Positions 11,267 to 20,333 of a stretch of DNA of 62,849 nt are shown here, piece after piece. The stretch lies in assembly GCA_046590325.1 (NCBI GenBank), contig JBKJUC010000123.1:1-62849 (forward strand), read 5' to 3'. This stretch comes from Burkholderiales bacterium (GTDB lineage Bacteria > Pseudomonadota > Gammaproteobacteria > Burkholderiales > JACQAP01). A model generated the notes under the pieces. That model saw only the letters and a program-made list of their open reading frames with translations. It had not been told where the DNA came from and did not search any database. Numbering within the stretch: the stretch's first letter is position 1; each line of letters starts with the position of its first letter. The translations under genes were made by a program, and so were the position numbers.

Positions 11267-13993
11267 ATGAAAACGCTGGTGCTGGTTGATGGCTCTTCCT
11301 ATCTTTACCGTGCTTTCCACGCGCTGCCAGACTTGCGCAACAAGCACGGAGAGCCTACCGGCGCGATCAGGGGTGTTCTTTCCATGCTGCGCCGGTTGCG
11401 CAAGGAAACAGCAGGCGATTATATCGCTTGCGTATTCGACGCAAAAGGAAAGACATTCCGCGACGACTGGTACCCGCAATACAAAGCCAACCGGCCGCCG
11501 ATGCCCGACGATCTTGTCGCGCAGATCGAACCGCTCCACCATAGCATCCGCGCGATGGGGTGGCCCCTGCTGATGGTGGACGGCGTCGAGGCGGACGACG
11601 TGATCGGCACTCTGGCAAAGCAGGCCGGGCAGCAGGGCATGCAAACCATCATTTCCACCGGCGACAAGGACATCACACAACTGGTGAATCCCCTGGTGCG
11701 CCTGGTCAATACCATGTCCAACGAGAATCTCGATGAAGCGGGCGTCGAGACCAAGTTCGGCGTCAAGCCGTCTCAGATCGTGGATTACCTCACGCTGATC
11801 GGCGACTCGGTGGACAACGTCCCCGGTGTCGACAAGGTTGGTCCGAAGACCGCTGTCAAATGGCTCGCCCAGTATGGGACGCTGGACAACATCGTCGCGC
11901 ATGCCGGAGAGATATCGGGAGCAGTGGGAGAAAACCTGCGCAAGGCTCTGCCCTGGCTGCCGACGGCCAGAAAACTGCTGAGCATCAAGTGCGACGTCGA
12001 ACTTCCGCTTAACCTCGACGATCTCACGCCGAGGCCGGACGATGTAAAGGAATTGTCCGTGCTGTTCGAACACCTCGAGTTCAAGGCCTGGCTGAACGAA
12101 CTTCAGGGACGCGGGTTGGGAGACGGGCGAGGAGGCGAAAAGCAAACCGGCTCAACCTCCCAGGCTCCGCAGCCGAAGCAGGCGGTGTCGCGGGAATACG
12201 AAACTGTGCTGACCGACGAACAGCTTCGGGCCTGGCTGGCGCGCGTCGAAAGCGCCAGGATCGTTTCGGTCGATACGGAAACCACGAGCCTGGATCCCCT
12301 GACCGCGCAACTGGTGGGCATCTCCCTCTCGGTCGAGGCGGACAAGGCCGCCTACATACCGGTGTCGCACACCTACGCCGGTGCGCCGGCGCAACTTTCC
12401 ACCGATCACGTGCTGTCGGTCCTGCGGGGCTGGCTGCAGAATCCGCAACGGCCGAAACTGGGTCAGAACCTCAAGTACGACAAGCACGTGTTTGCGAATC
12501 ACGGCGTGGCGCTCAACGGCATCGAGCACGACACACTGTTGCAGTCGTATGTTCTCGAGAGCGACCGGCCGCACGACATGGACGACATGGCGATGCGCCA
12601 CCTCGAAGTAAAGACCATCAGCTACGACGACGTCACCGGCAAGGGCGCCTCCCGCATCTCGTTCGAACAGGTGGACGTCGCGCGGGCGACGGAATATTCC
12701 GGCGAAGACGCCGACATCACTCTGCAGCTTCACCAGACCCTGTATCCGCGGATTTCGGCGGACGAAAAACTCGAACGCGTCTACCGCACTATCGAGATGC
12801 CGGTGATGGAAGTCCTGTTCATCATGGAGCGCAACGGCGTCCTGCTCGACATCAGGCTACTCGAGCAGCAGAGCCGCGAACTCGGCGCCAAGATGATGGA
12901 ACTGGAACAGGCGGTACATCAGCAGGCGGGCCAGCCCTTCAACCTGAACTCGCCGAAACAGCTCCAGGAAATCCTGTTCGAGAAACACAAGTTGCCGGTC
13001 AAGAAGAAAACGCCGGGCGGCCTGCCTTCGACCGACGAGGACGTGCTGCAGGAACTGGCTCTTGATCACCCGCTGCCGAAACTCATCCTGGAGTACCGCG
13101 GACTTACGAAACTGAAGTCGACCTATACCGACAAACTGCCGCGCATGGTGAACGCGAAAACCGGACGCGTTCACACCAACTATGGCCAGGCAGTTGCTGT
13201 AACCGGACGCCTGTCGAGCAACGAGCCGAATCTGCAGAACATTCCGGTACGTACTACTGAGGGTCGCCGCATCCGGGAGGCCTTCATCGCTCCCCCGGGT
13301 TCGATTATCGTCTCGGCCGATTACTCCCAGATCGAGTTGCGCATCATGGCGCACCTGTCGCAGGACAAGGGACTGCTGCACGCCTTTGCCACCGGCCAGG
13401 ACGTGCACCGGCATACGGCGGCTGAAGTCTTCGGGATCGACTCGGCTTCCGTCAGCAGCGAACAGCGGAGGTACGCCAAGGTGATCAACTTCGGTCTGAT
13501 CTACGGCATGTCGGCGTTCGGCCTCGCGGCCCAGCTTGGCATCGAGCGCGGCGCGGCCAATCAGTATATGGAGCGCTACTTCCTGCGCTATCCCGGCGTG
13601 AAGGAGTACATGGAGCGCACCCGCGAATCCGCGCGCAATTTCGGCTATGTGGAAACGGTGTTCGGACGCCGGCTGTATCTGAACGAGATCAAGTCTGGCA
13701 ATCCGGCACGGCGCCAAGGCTCCGAGCGGGCGGCCATCAATGCACCGATGCAAGGCACCGCGGCGGATCTGATCAAGCTCGCGATGATCGTCGTGCAGGA
13801 CTGGATTCGCGATTCAGGCCTCGTCAGCCGCCTGATCATGCAGGTACACGACGAACTGGTACTGGAAGTTCCGCAGGCGGAACTGGAACTGGTGAAGAAA
13901 CAATTACCCGCGTTGATGGAAGGCGTGACGCAACTCGACGTGCCGCTGGTTGTCGACGTTGGCGCCGGACCGAACTGGGAGAAGGCGCACTAG
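11267..13993 (+). CDS. polA: DNA polymerase I
   Basis: 5'-3' exonuclease (LVDGSSYLYRAFHA), 3'-5' exonuclease (DTETT), polymerase motifs DYSQIELR, KVINFGLIYG, QVHDEL. Confidence 0.99.
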   Translation: MKTLVLVDGSSYLYRAFHALPDLRNKHGEPTGAIRGVLSMLRRLRKETAGDYIACVFDAKGKTFRDDWYPQYKANRPPMPDDLVAQIEPLHHSIRAMGWPLLMVDGVEADDVIGTLAKQAGQQGMQTIISTGDKDITQLVNPLVRLVNTMSNENLDEAGVETKFGVKPSQIVDYLTLIGDSVDNVPGVDKVGPKTAVKWLAQYGTLDNIVAHAGEISGAVGENLRKALPWLPTARKLLSIKCDVELPLNLDDLTPRPDDVKELSVLFEHLEFKAWLNELQGRGLGDGRGGEKQTGSTSQAPQPKQAVSREYETVLTDEQLRAWLARVESARIVSVDTETTSLDPLTAQLVGISLSVEADKAAYIPVSHTYAGAPAQLSTDHVLSVLRGWLQNPQRPKLGQNLKYDKHVFANHGVALNGIEHDTLLQSYVLESDRPHDMDDMAMRHLEVKTISYDDVTGKGASRISFEQVDVARATEYSGEDADITLQLHQTLYPRISADEKLERVYRTIEMPVMEVLFIMERNGVLLDIRLLEQQSRELGAKMMELEQAVHQQAGQPFNLNSPKQLQEILFEKHKLPVKKKTPGGLPSTDEDVLQELALDHPLPKLILEYRGLTKLKSTYTDKLPRMVNAKTGRVHTNYGQAVAVTGRLSSNEPNLQNIPVRTTEGRRIREAFIAPPGSIIVSADYSQIELRIMAHLSQDKGLLHAFATGQDVHRHTAAEVFGIDSASVSSEQRRYAKVINFGLIYGMSAFGLAAQLGIERGAANQYMERYFLRYPGVKEYMERTRESARNFGYVETVFGRRLYLNEIKSGNPARRQGSERAAINAPMQGTAADLIKLAMIVVQDWIRDSGLVSRLIMQVHDELVLEVPQAELELVKKQLPALMEGVTQLDVPLVVDVGAGPNWEKAH

Positions 13994-14051
13994 CTGATAG
14001 GCTGGTGGCTGCTGGCTAGGGGCTAGAAAAGGCTAGAGAGTGTCCTTCTTC

Positions 14052-14086
14052 TTTTCCCTTTTCCCTTTTCCCTTTTCCCTTTTCCC
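14052..14086. repeat. Tandem heptamer (TTTTCCC)x5
   Basis: Five exact copies in the convergent polA-sodC gap. Confidence 0.95.
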
Positions 14087-14099
14087 TCGTCTCTCGCTT

Positions 14100-14666
14100 C
14101 TACCCTTCCTTCGTCTTCCTGTCCGGGTTGCGCGTGATGACCCCGCAGGCAATGCGTGCCCCGGAGTTCCCGGCAGGCTGGGATTTGAGATCATCTGCAT
14201 TGGCGTGGACAACCAGTGCGCGCCCGACAATGCTGTCCGTTCCGTTGCCGAATGCAAGGCCGCCGTCGACTACCACGGTGGCTGCGATGTTGCCCTTGTC
14301 GTCCGCAGTCAGATTTCCCAGATCACCGCCATGGCGTTTGGAGCCGGCCGTCCCGCCGTGATCGGACGATGAAGGATTGAAGTGGGGACCCGCGCTGGCG
14401 CCGTCGCGCGCCGTGCAATCGCCAATTTCATGGATGTGAATGCCGTGCGTGGAATTTGGGGAAAAACCGCTCAGATTGGCGGTGACCAGCACCACCCCAC
14501 CCTTGCGTACAAAATCCACCGCGCCGCGCACCGTGCTTCCCTGGGTGGGCTCGAGTACCGCCATTGCGGACGGATCCTCGTAGCGGGTTCCACCCTTGTC
14601 GTGGCCCGCGCAAGCCGGCAGCATCAGTCCACATGCGGCCGCTATAAGCCATCCGGTTGTTTTCAT
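14100..14666 (-). CDS. sodC: Cu/Zn superoxide dismutase, lipoprotein
   Basis: Start trimmed to MKTTGW; lipobox LPAC; HGIHIH, GPHFNP, HGGDLGN, VVHA, GARIACG give a full metal-ligand set. Confidence 0.95.
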   Translation of the reverse strand: MKTTGWLIAAACGLMLPACAGHDKGGTRYEDPSAMAVLEPTQGSTVRGAVDFVRKGGVVLVTANLSGFSPNSTHGIHIHEIGDCTARDGASAGPHFNPSSSDHGGTAGSKRHGGDLGNLTADDKGNIAATVVVDGGLAFGNGTDSIVGRALVVHANADDLKSQPAGNSGARIACGVITRNPDRKTKEG

Positions 14667-14822
14667 GGCAGTGCCCTCGTATTTACTCAGATTGGGAATG
14701 GACTTGCCCGGCCCGGCAAAGAATTGATTACCCTGCAGGCAGCAGCCAGACGGCGAACAATACCAAATGCGGCTTCGCGATGCCTGGGAGCGAAACGCCA
14801 AGTGGATTGCGCCCGGCCGCGG

Positions 14823-15008
14823 CTAATAAAAAATCACCGCCAGCGATCCGTTCCTGGCTTCAGCGACGGAACAGGCATAAGACAGCGCCGCCTGGGGCGC
14901 TTTGAACCTGGCGAGCGCGCGGCTGCGCCCTTCTTCCAATACTTCCCACAGTCCGCTAGCGCGACGCAGAACGCGAAAGGCGGTCGAGAATCCCGGGATG
15001 ACCTTCAT
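14823..15008 (-). CDS. Small (61 aa) hypothetical protein, DUF2188-like
   Basis: Strong SD AGGAGGAG 5 nt before ATG 15008; WEVLEEGRSRALARFKAPQAALSYA resembles the DUF2188 pattern (from memory). Confidence 0.65.
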   Translation of the reverse strand: MKVIPGFSTAFRVLRRASGLWEVLEEGRSRALARFKAPQAALSYACSVAEARNGSLAVIFY

Positions 15009-15096
15009 GGCACTCCTCCTGATCACATTGGTTGCAGTTCAAGTTTTGGCATGTCTTGCTTGTCGATTCGCGTGACTATCCGATTGTTCAACGCGC

Positions 15097-15124
15097 TGGC
15101 TCTGAATTTGCAATCGCCGTGCCT
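15097..15124. promoter_or_regulatory. Overlapping divergent sigma54-like -24/-12 promoters
   Basis: Minus strand AGGCACGGCGATTGCA (15124-15109); plus strand TGGCTCTGAATTTGCA (15097-15112); both GG-N10-GC, sharing the TTGCAA palindrome. Confidence 0.55.
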
Positions 15125-15298
15125 ATGTCATGCACTGACCCGCGCTTATCCGCTATCGCGTTATTGCGCAATTACTTAGCCACTCGCATAAGGGCGCACA
15201 GGACTGCGGCCGAGAGGCTTCTCCCTGTAGGGATTACCGGCGGGCTGCAAGTTTTACAGCCGGCTGACCGCCGGGCTGTTCACGGGTCGCTGGCGGCA

Positions 15299-15415
15299 AA
15301 AGACTGGAGAACAGACATCCACGCCGGTGTCGGTCACTACGGCGTGTTCAGCAGACGGCGCTGGAATAACAACATCCATCCGGTGATGCGTGACGTTATC
15401 CACGTCAGCGAGTGA
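15299..15415 (+). pseudogene. phaZ: C-terminal remnant of intracellular PHA depolymerase
   Basis: Translates HAGVGHYGVFSRRRWNNNIHPVMRDVI-stop, matching the PhaZ C-terminal GVGHYGVFSG.RW...I.P pattern; no credible N-terminal part. Confidence 0.65.
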
Positions 15416-15440
15416 ATGAGTTCTCACCGTGCAAAGCACG

Positions 15441-15728
15441 TCAAACGCGCGTCAGAGTGATCGCTTTCTCAGGACAGGCGGAGACACACAACCCGCAAGC
15501 GTGACAGGCATCGGCATTGGTGGCGAAGGCCTGCTGCCAGCGATGCGCGTATCCCTTGAGCTTACCGCGCAGGCTCAGGCCCTTGCGATGTTCAGGTGGG
15601 ACCGTCCCCATTGCGAAAACATCATAAGGACAGACTTTCACGCATTCTTCCTTGCCTTCGCAAAGGTTGCGGTCGATGACCGGCCTGAACAGTCCGGGTT
15701 CCTGCTTGCAGTCGGTTTCGATGCCCAT
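15441..15728 (-). CDS. Small dicluster ferredoxin
   Basis: CEGKEECVKVCP and CHACGLCVSACP motifs; TATAAT upstream at 15764-15769 (minus). Confidence 0.88.
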   Translation of the reverse strand: MGIETDCKQEPGLFRPVIDRNLCEGKEECVKVCPYDVFAMGTVPPEHRKGLSLRGKLKGYAHRWQQAFATNADACHACGLCVSACPEKAITLTRV

Positions 15729-15797
15729 GGATGCCTTGGCGCAAAAAGAATGAGAACAACACCATTATAGGTGCCGTCCCGCTTGCTCCGGCCACGC

Positions 15798-16229
15798 TCA
15801 GCCCTGCAGCTTCGCTTCCAGGGTGATTTTCGCGTTCAGCAGTTTCGACACCGGGCATCCGGCCTTGGCGTTGTTGGCCGCCGTATCGAACGCCTGCTGG
15901 CTGGCGCCGGGAATCCTTGCCACGAGGTAGAGGTGGACGGCCGTAATCGAAAACCCGCCTTCGACTTTTTCCAGCGTCACCGTCGCAGTCGTACTAATGC
16001 TCTCGGCCTTCAGTCCGGCCTCGCCGAGTTGCGCAGACAGCGCCATGGAGAAGCAGCCGGCATGCGCAGCGCCGATGAGCTCTTCCGGATTGGTGCCGGG
16101 ACCGTTCTCGAAACGGGTGTTGAAACCGTACTGGGCATTGGAAAGCACGCCGCTTTCCGTGGATATCGTTCCTTTACCATCCTTGAGGCCACCCTTCCAG
16201 ACGGCCGAGCCCTTCTTCTTGATCACCAT
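15798..16229 (-). CDS. osmC: OsmC family peroxiredoxin
   Basis: [36 protein letters not shown]; GGAGG SD before ATG 16229. Confidence 0.96.
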   Translation of the reverse strand: MVIKKKGSAVWKGGLKDGKGTISTESGVLSNAQYGFNTRFENGPGTNPEELIGAAHAGCFSMALSAQLGEAGLKAESISTTATVTLEKVEGGFSITAVHLYLVARIPGASQQAFDTAANNAKAGCPVSKLLNAKITLEAKLQG

Positions 16230-16361
16230 GTGCTGCCTCCAATTGAATATTTGCTGAACCCTGTCGGCCATTCCACCGCCGCACCAGATAGACAGGAGTC
16301 CAAGTGCTTTGTTCTGTGCCGTTCCGCAGCGGGGGCAGAACAAGTTCAACGCCAGCTCAGC

Positions 16362-16919
16362 TTACGGCCGCGCCAACTCGGCAGTTTTCAACGGTGCCAG
16401 TTCGAGCTGGATGCTGTCCTTGTCGTCGGCCACCCAGATCTGACCTTCCTGGATGGTGTATTGCAGCTTCATGTTTCGTTGTGCAAGGGCCGCCATAGCC
16501 TGGCTGGCTTCCCTGGGAACATTCCATACGCTCAGGTTGCTGTTGCGCTTGAGGTCCGGGCCGGTCTGGTTCCACCAGATGCCGGCGCCGTGTCCGCCAT
16601 AACAGTAGATGCCGACTTGTTCCGCGCGCCCGCATGCCCGACGGATACGCTTCTCTTCGGGCAAGCCGACGTCCAGCCAGAGGTCGATGGCACCGGTGAG
16701 ATCCCGCAACCACAAGTCAGGCTCATCCTCCGCGCCCAGGCCTTTGCCGAATGCCAGCGCGTCCTGTGCGTGCAATGCGAAGGCCAGCAGACGGACCATC
16801 ATGCGTTCGTCGGTCTCGGAGGGATGGCGGGCGACCGTCAGGATATGACTTCCGTAGTAGTGCCGGTCCATGTCCGCGACCTGCAGTTCAGCTTTGAAGA
16901 TTGTCGCCTTGAGAGCCAT
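16362..16919 (-). CDS. yaeQ: YaeQ family protein
   Basis: MALKATIFKAELQVADMDRHYY, HPSETDERMMVRLLAF, EPDLW. Confidence 0.95.
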   Translation of the reverse strand: MALKATIFKAELQVADMDRHYYGSHILTVARHPSETDERMMVRLLAFALHAQDALAFGKGLGAEDEPDLWLRDLTGAIDLWLDVGLPEEKRIRRACGRAEQVGIYCYGGHGAGIWWNQTGPDLKRNSNLSVWNVPREASQAMAALAQRNMKLQYTIQEGQIWVADDKDSIQLELAPLKTAELARP

Positions 16920-16956
16920 TTTTTTGGGGCGCACCGATGGTCTGGCGCGAGCAGAT

Positions 16957-18726
16957 TCAGGCGGCGGGCGCAGGCTCCACAGACGCCAGGCCAATGCCGA
17001 GCGAATACTGGATGCTGTAGAGCTTGGCGTAGATCCCGCCCTTCGCCAGCAGTTCGGCATGCGTGCCGACCTCGGCAATCCGCCCTTCATCGAGCACCAC
17101 AATGCGATCAGCCTTCTCGATGGTGGACAGCCGGTGGGCAATCACGATCGTCGTGCGATGTTGCATCAGTTCCTCGAGCGCGGCCTGTACGTGCTTTTCC
17201 GATTCTGAATCCAGCGCCGACGTCGCTTCGTCGAGGATCAGGATCGGCGCATCCTTGAGGACGGTGCGGGCAATAGCCAGGCGCTGCCGCTGGCCTCCGG
17301 AAAGCCGTACGCCGTTCTCGCCAATCAGGGTGTCGAAACCCTGCGGCATGGCCCGGATGAACTCCACCGCGTGTGCGGCTTCCGCGGCGCGCTCGATGGC
17401 TTCGCGGCTGGCGCCCGCCGCCTGTCCGTACGCGATATTGGCGGCAACCGTATCGTTGAACAGGGCAACTTCCTGGCTCACCAGTGCGATGTTCCTGCGC
17501 AGGCTGGCAAGAGACAACGATTCCAGATTGTGCCCGTCCAGGGTAATGCGGCCCGAACCCGGGTGATAGAAGCGTGGCACCAGATTGGCGAGGGTTGTCT
17601 TGCCGCTGCCGCTGGAGCCGACCAGCGCAACGGTTTCGCCGGCGCGGATCGTCAAGGTTACGTCCTTCAGCGCCGGCCGTTCCGCACGGGGATACTGGAA
17701 ACCGAGGTTCTCGAAACCGACCTCCCCGTGAAGGCGATCGATCGTGATCTTTCCTTCGTCCTTCTCCGGCACCTCGTCCACCAGCGCGAACACGCTCTCC
17801 GCCGCGGCCAGGCCGCGCTGCAGATGTTCGGCCACGCCCGTCAGGCGCTTGAGCGGCGGGGTCAGCAACAGCATCGCCGCCAGGAAGGAAACGAATCCGC
17901 CGACTGTGGTGGCATCGGACTGCGCCTTCACCGTCGCGTAATAGACCACTACCGCGGTCGCCAGCGCTGCCAGCAACTGGACGATGGGGACGTTGGCGGC
18001 CGCGGCAGCGGTCTGCTTCATGCTGAAACCGCGCAACCGGTTGCTGGTATCGGAAAAGCGCTTCGACTCGTATTCCTGACCACCGAAAATTTTTACTACT
18101 TTGTTGCACTCTACGGTTTCCTGCAGCACCTGCGTGATGTCACCCATCGCCTGCTGGGTCATGCGGCTCATGTTGCGCAAGCGAATGTTGAAATAACGCA
18201 CCACCACTGCGATTGGCGGCACCATGATCAGCGAGATCAGAGTGAGCCTCCAGTCGACGTACAGGAGATAAGCCAGCAGGCCAATGATGGTGACCGAATC
18301 CTTCACCAGCACGGTCACAACATTCGTTGCAGCGCTGGTCACCTGTGCGGCGTCGAACGTAAAGCGGGAAATCAGGTTGCCGGTGGTGGTGTCGTGAAAA
18401 TAGCCCAGGGGCAAAGCCAGCATGCGACGGAACATCTGGTCACGCAGATCGACGACGACTTTATTGCCGACCCAGGCGCTGGCGTAGGCACCGATGTAGG
18501 ACCCGAAGCCACGGATCACATAGATCATTATCAGGAACAGCGGCACCCATTTGATGAGGAAGGGGTCCTTCTCCACGAACGTGCCGTCGAGGAAGGGCTT
18601 GATCGCCGCGGGTAGGACCACCTCCGTGGCCGCGGTGATCAGCATGCCGATGATGGAAAAAGCGAACACGCCCCAGTACGGCTTCACGTAACGTAGCAGC
18701 CGCAGGTAGAGCTGAGTGCTGGTCAT
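16957..18726 (-). CDS. msbA: Lipid A export ABC transporter MsbA
   Basis: TM domain plus [26 protein letters not shown]; N-terminus YLRLLRYVKPYW. Confidence 0.93.
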   Translation of the reverse strand: MTSTQLYLRLLRYVKPYWGVFAFSIIGMLITAATEVVLPAAIKPFLDGTFVEKDPFLIKWVPLFLIMIYVIRGFGSYIGAYASAWVGNKVVVDLRDQMFRRMLALPLGYFHDTTTGNLISRFTFDAAQVTSAATNVVTVLVKDSVTIIGLLAYLLYVDWRLTLISLIMVPPIAVVVRYFNIRLRNMSRMTQQAMGDITQVLQETVECNKVVKIFGGQEYESKRFSDTSNRLRGFSMKQTAAAAANVPIVQLLAALATAVVVYYATVKAQSDATTVGGFVSFLAAMLLLTPPLKRLTGVAEHLQRGLAAAESVFALVDEVPEKDEGKITIDRLHGEVGFENLGFQYPRAERPALKDVTLTIRAGETVALVGSSGSGKTTLANLVPRFYHPGSGRITLDGHNLESLSLASLRRNIALVSQEVALFNDTVAANIAYGQAAGASREAIERAAEAAHAVEFIRAMPQGFDTLIGENGVRLSGGQRQRLAIARTVLKDAPILILDEATSALDSESEKHVQAALEELMQHRTTIVIAHRLSTIEKADRIVVLDEGRIAEVGTHAELLAKGGIYAKLYSIQYSLGIGLASVEPAPAA

Positions 18727-18776
18727 TTGTTGCATGGAGGGAAAGATAACATAACGGTCCAACACCCTATCCCTCA

Positions 18777-18873
18777 CCACCTCACCCCCCGCCCTCGCCG
18801 CTCCAGGGACAAGGGAACACTCACATGCACCCGTAGGGGTGTGAAGCGGAGCAGAAGGCGGGGGGCGAGGTGG
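18777..18873. repeat. Long intergenic inverted repeat (20 bp arms, 57 nt spacer)
   Basis: ccacctcaccccccgccctc vs reverse complement of 18854-18873 ccacctcgccccccgccttc, 18/20 identity. Confidence 0.85.
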
Positions 18874-18882
18874 CGGGGGTGA

Positions 18883-20310
18883 TTACCCGTGATTGACCAT
18901 GATATGCCGTACCACGGTGTAGTCTTCCAGACCGTACATTGACATGTCCTTGCCGTAACCGGACATTTTCACGCCGCCATGGGGCATTTCGTTGGCGAGC
19001 ATGAAGTGGGTGTTGATCCAGGTGCAGCCGTACTCCAGCCTTGCCGCGACTTTCATGGCGCGGCCCACGTCTTTGGTCCAGACCGATGAGGCGAGGCCAT
19101 ACTCCGAATCGTTGGCCCAGTCGACGGCGTCGTCGGTATCCTTGAACCGCGTTACCGACACCACCGGCCCGAACACTTCCTTGCGCACGATCTCGTCGTC
19201 CCGGAGTGAGCCGGCGATAAGCGTAGGCTGGTAGAAGAAGCCCTTACCCGGGGCTACCGCACCGCCGGCGACCGCTTCTATGTGCCGGGAGGCCAGTGCG
19301 CGCTCCACGAAGCCGGCGACGCGATTGCGTTGGGCGGCGCTGATGAGCGGGCCGATTTCCGAGTCCTCGTTCTCGGGCTGGCCAAACTTGATCGATTTCA
19401 CCGCGGCGCCAAGATCGGCAACCAGCTTGTCATGGATTTTTGCGCCCGCATAGATTCGGCACGCCGCGGTGCAGTCCTGGCCCGCGTTGTAGTAACCGAA
19501 GGTGCGCAAGCCGGCAACGACGGCTTCAAGGTCGGCATCGTCGAAGACGATGACCGGGGCCTTGCCGCCGAGTTCGAGGTGCGTGCGCTTGATGGTGGCC
19601 TGCGCCGCCTGCACGACTTTCTGGCCTGTGGAAATGCTGCCGGTGACCGAGATCATGCGGACGCCGGCGTGATTGATCAGCGGCGTGCCGACGCTGTCAC
19701 CGCGACCGTGGACGACGTTCACCACCCCTTTCGGGAAAATCTCGGCGAGGAGTTCGGCGAGCTTGAGCGTGGTCAATGGCGTCATTTCCGAGGGCTTGAT
19801 CACCACTGTATTGCCGGCAGCGAGCGCCGGTGCCAGCTTCCACGCCGCCATCATCAGGGGATAGTTCCAGGGCGTGATCTGGGCCACCACGCCGACCGGG
19901 TCGCGCCGGATCATGCTGGTGTGGTTCGGCAGGTATTCGTCGGCAGCGCTTGCGTGCAGGCAACGCGCCGCGCCGGCAAAGTAGCGGAAGCAGTCGACAA
20001 TCGCCGGCATCTCGTCCGCCAGTGCTCGCGCCTTTGGTTTGCCGCAATTGAGCGATTCGAGATCCGCAAACGATCTCGCCTCCTGCTCGATGCGGTCGGC
20101 TAGCTTCAGCAAGAGCAGCGAGCGCTCCTGCGGGGTGGTCGAGCCCCAGCTGCGGTAGGCCAGACGCGCGGCTTCGACTGCCTGGTCGACCTGGTCGGGC
20201 GAGGCCTCGCAGATCATCACGATGGTTTCGCCGGTCGCCGGATTGAGCACTTCGACTTCCGCGCCTGCGCCGGCGACGAGCTGGCCGTTGATCAGCAACT
20301 TGGTCTGCAT
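18883..20310 (-). CDS. patD: Gamma-aminobutyraldehyde dehydrogenase (YdcW/PatD)
   Basis: MQTKLLING start; [42 protein letters not shown]; follows ydcSTUV. Confidence 0.92.
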   Translation of the reverse strand: MQTKLLINGQLVAGAGAEVEVLNPATGETIVMICEASPDQVDQAVEAARLAYRSWGSTTPQERSLLLLKLADRIEQEARSFADLESLNCGKPKARALADEMPAIVDCFRYFAGAARCLHASAADEYLPNHTSMIRRDPVGVVAQITPWNYPLMMAAWKLAPALAAGNTVVIKPSEMTPLTTLKLAELLAEIFPKGVVNVVHGRGDSVGTPLINHAGVRMISVTGSISTGQKVVQAAQATIKRTHLELGGKAPVIVFDDADLEAVVAGLRTFGYYNAGQDCTAACRIYAGAKIHDKLVADLGAAVKSIKFGQPENEDSEIGPLISAAQRNRVAGFVERALASRHIEAVAGGAVAPGKGFFYQPTLIAGSLRDDEIVRKEVFGPVVSVTRFKDTDDAVDWANDSEYGLASSVWTKDVGRAMKVAARLEYGCTWINTHFMLANEMPHGGVKMSGYGKDMSMYGLEDYTVVRHIMVNHG

Positions 20311-20333
20311 GATTGACTCCTGGAAGAGAATTT

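Noticed and set aside
15047-15061. TTGGCATGTCTTGC as a third sigma54 promoter
   Set aside because: GG to GC spacing is 8, not the required 10.
15032-15298. N-terminal part of the 127 aa ORF as a real gene
   Set aside because: TTG start without SD, crosses promoter-like motifs; only the C-terminal phaZ-like part looks coding.
15771-17258. 495 aa plus-strand ORF
   Set aside because: Antisense across osmC, yaeQ and msbA.
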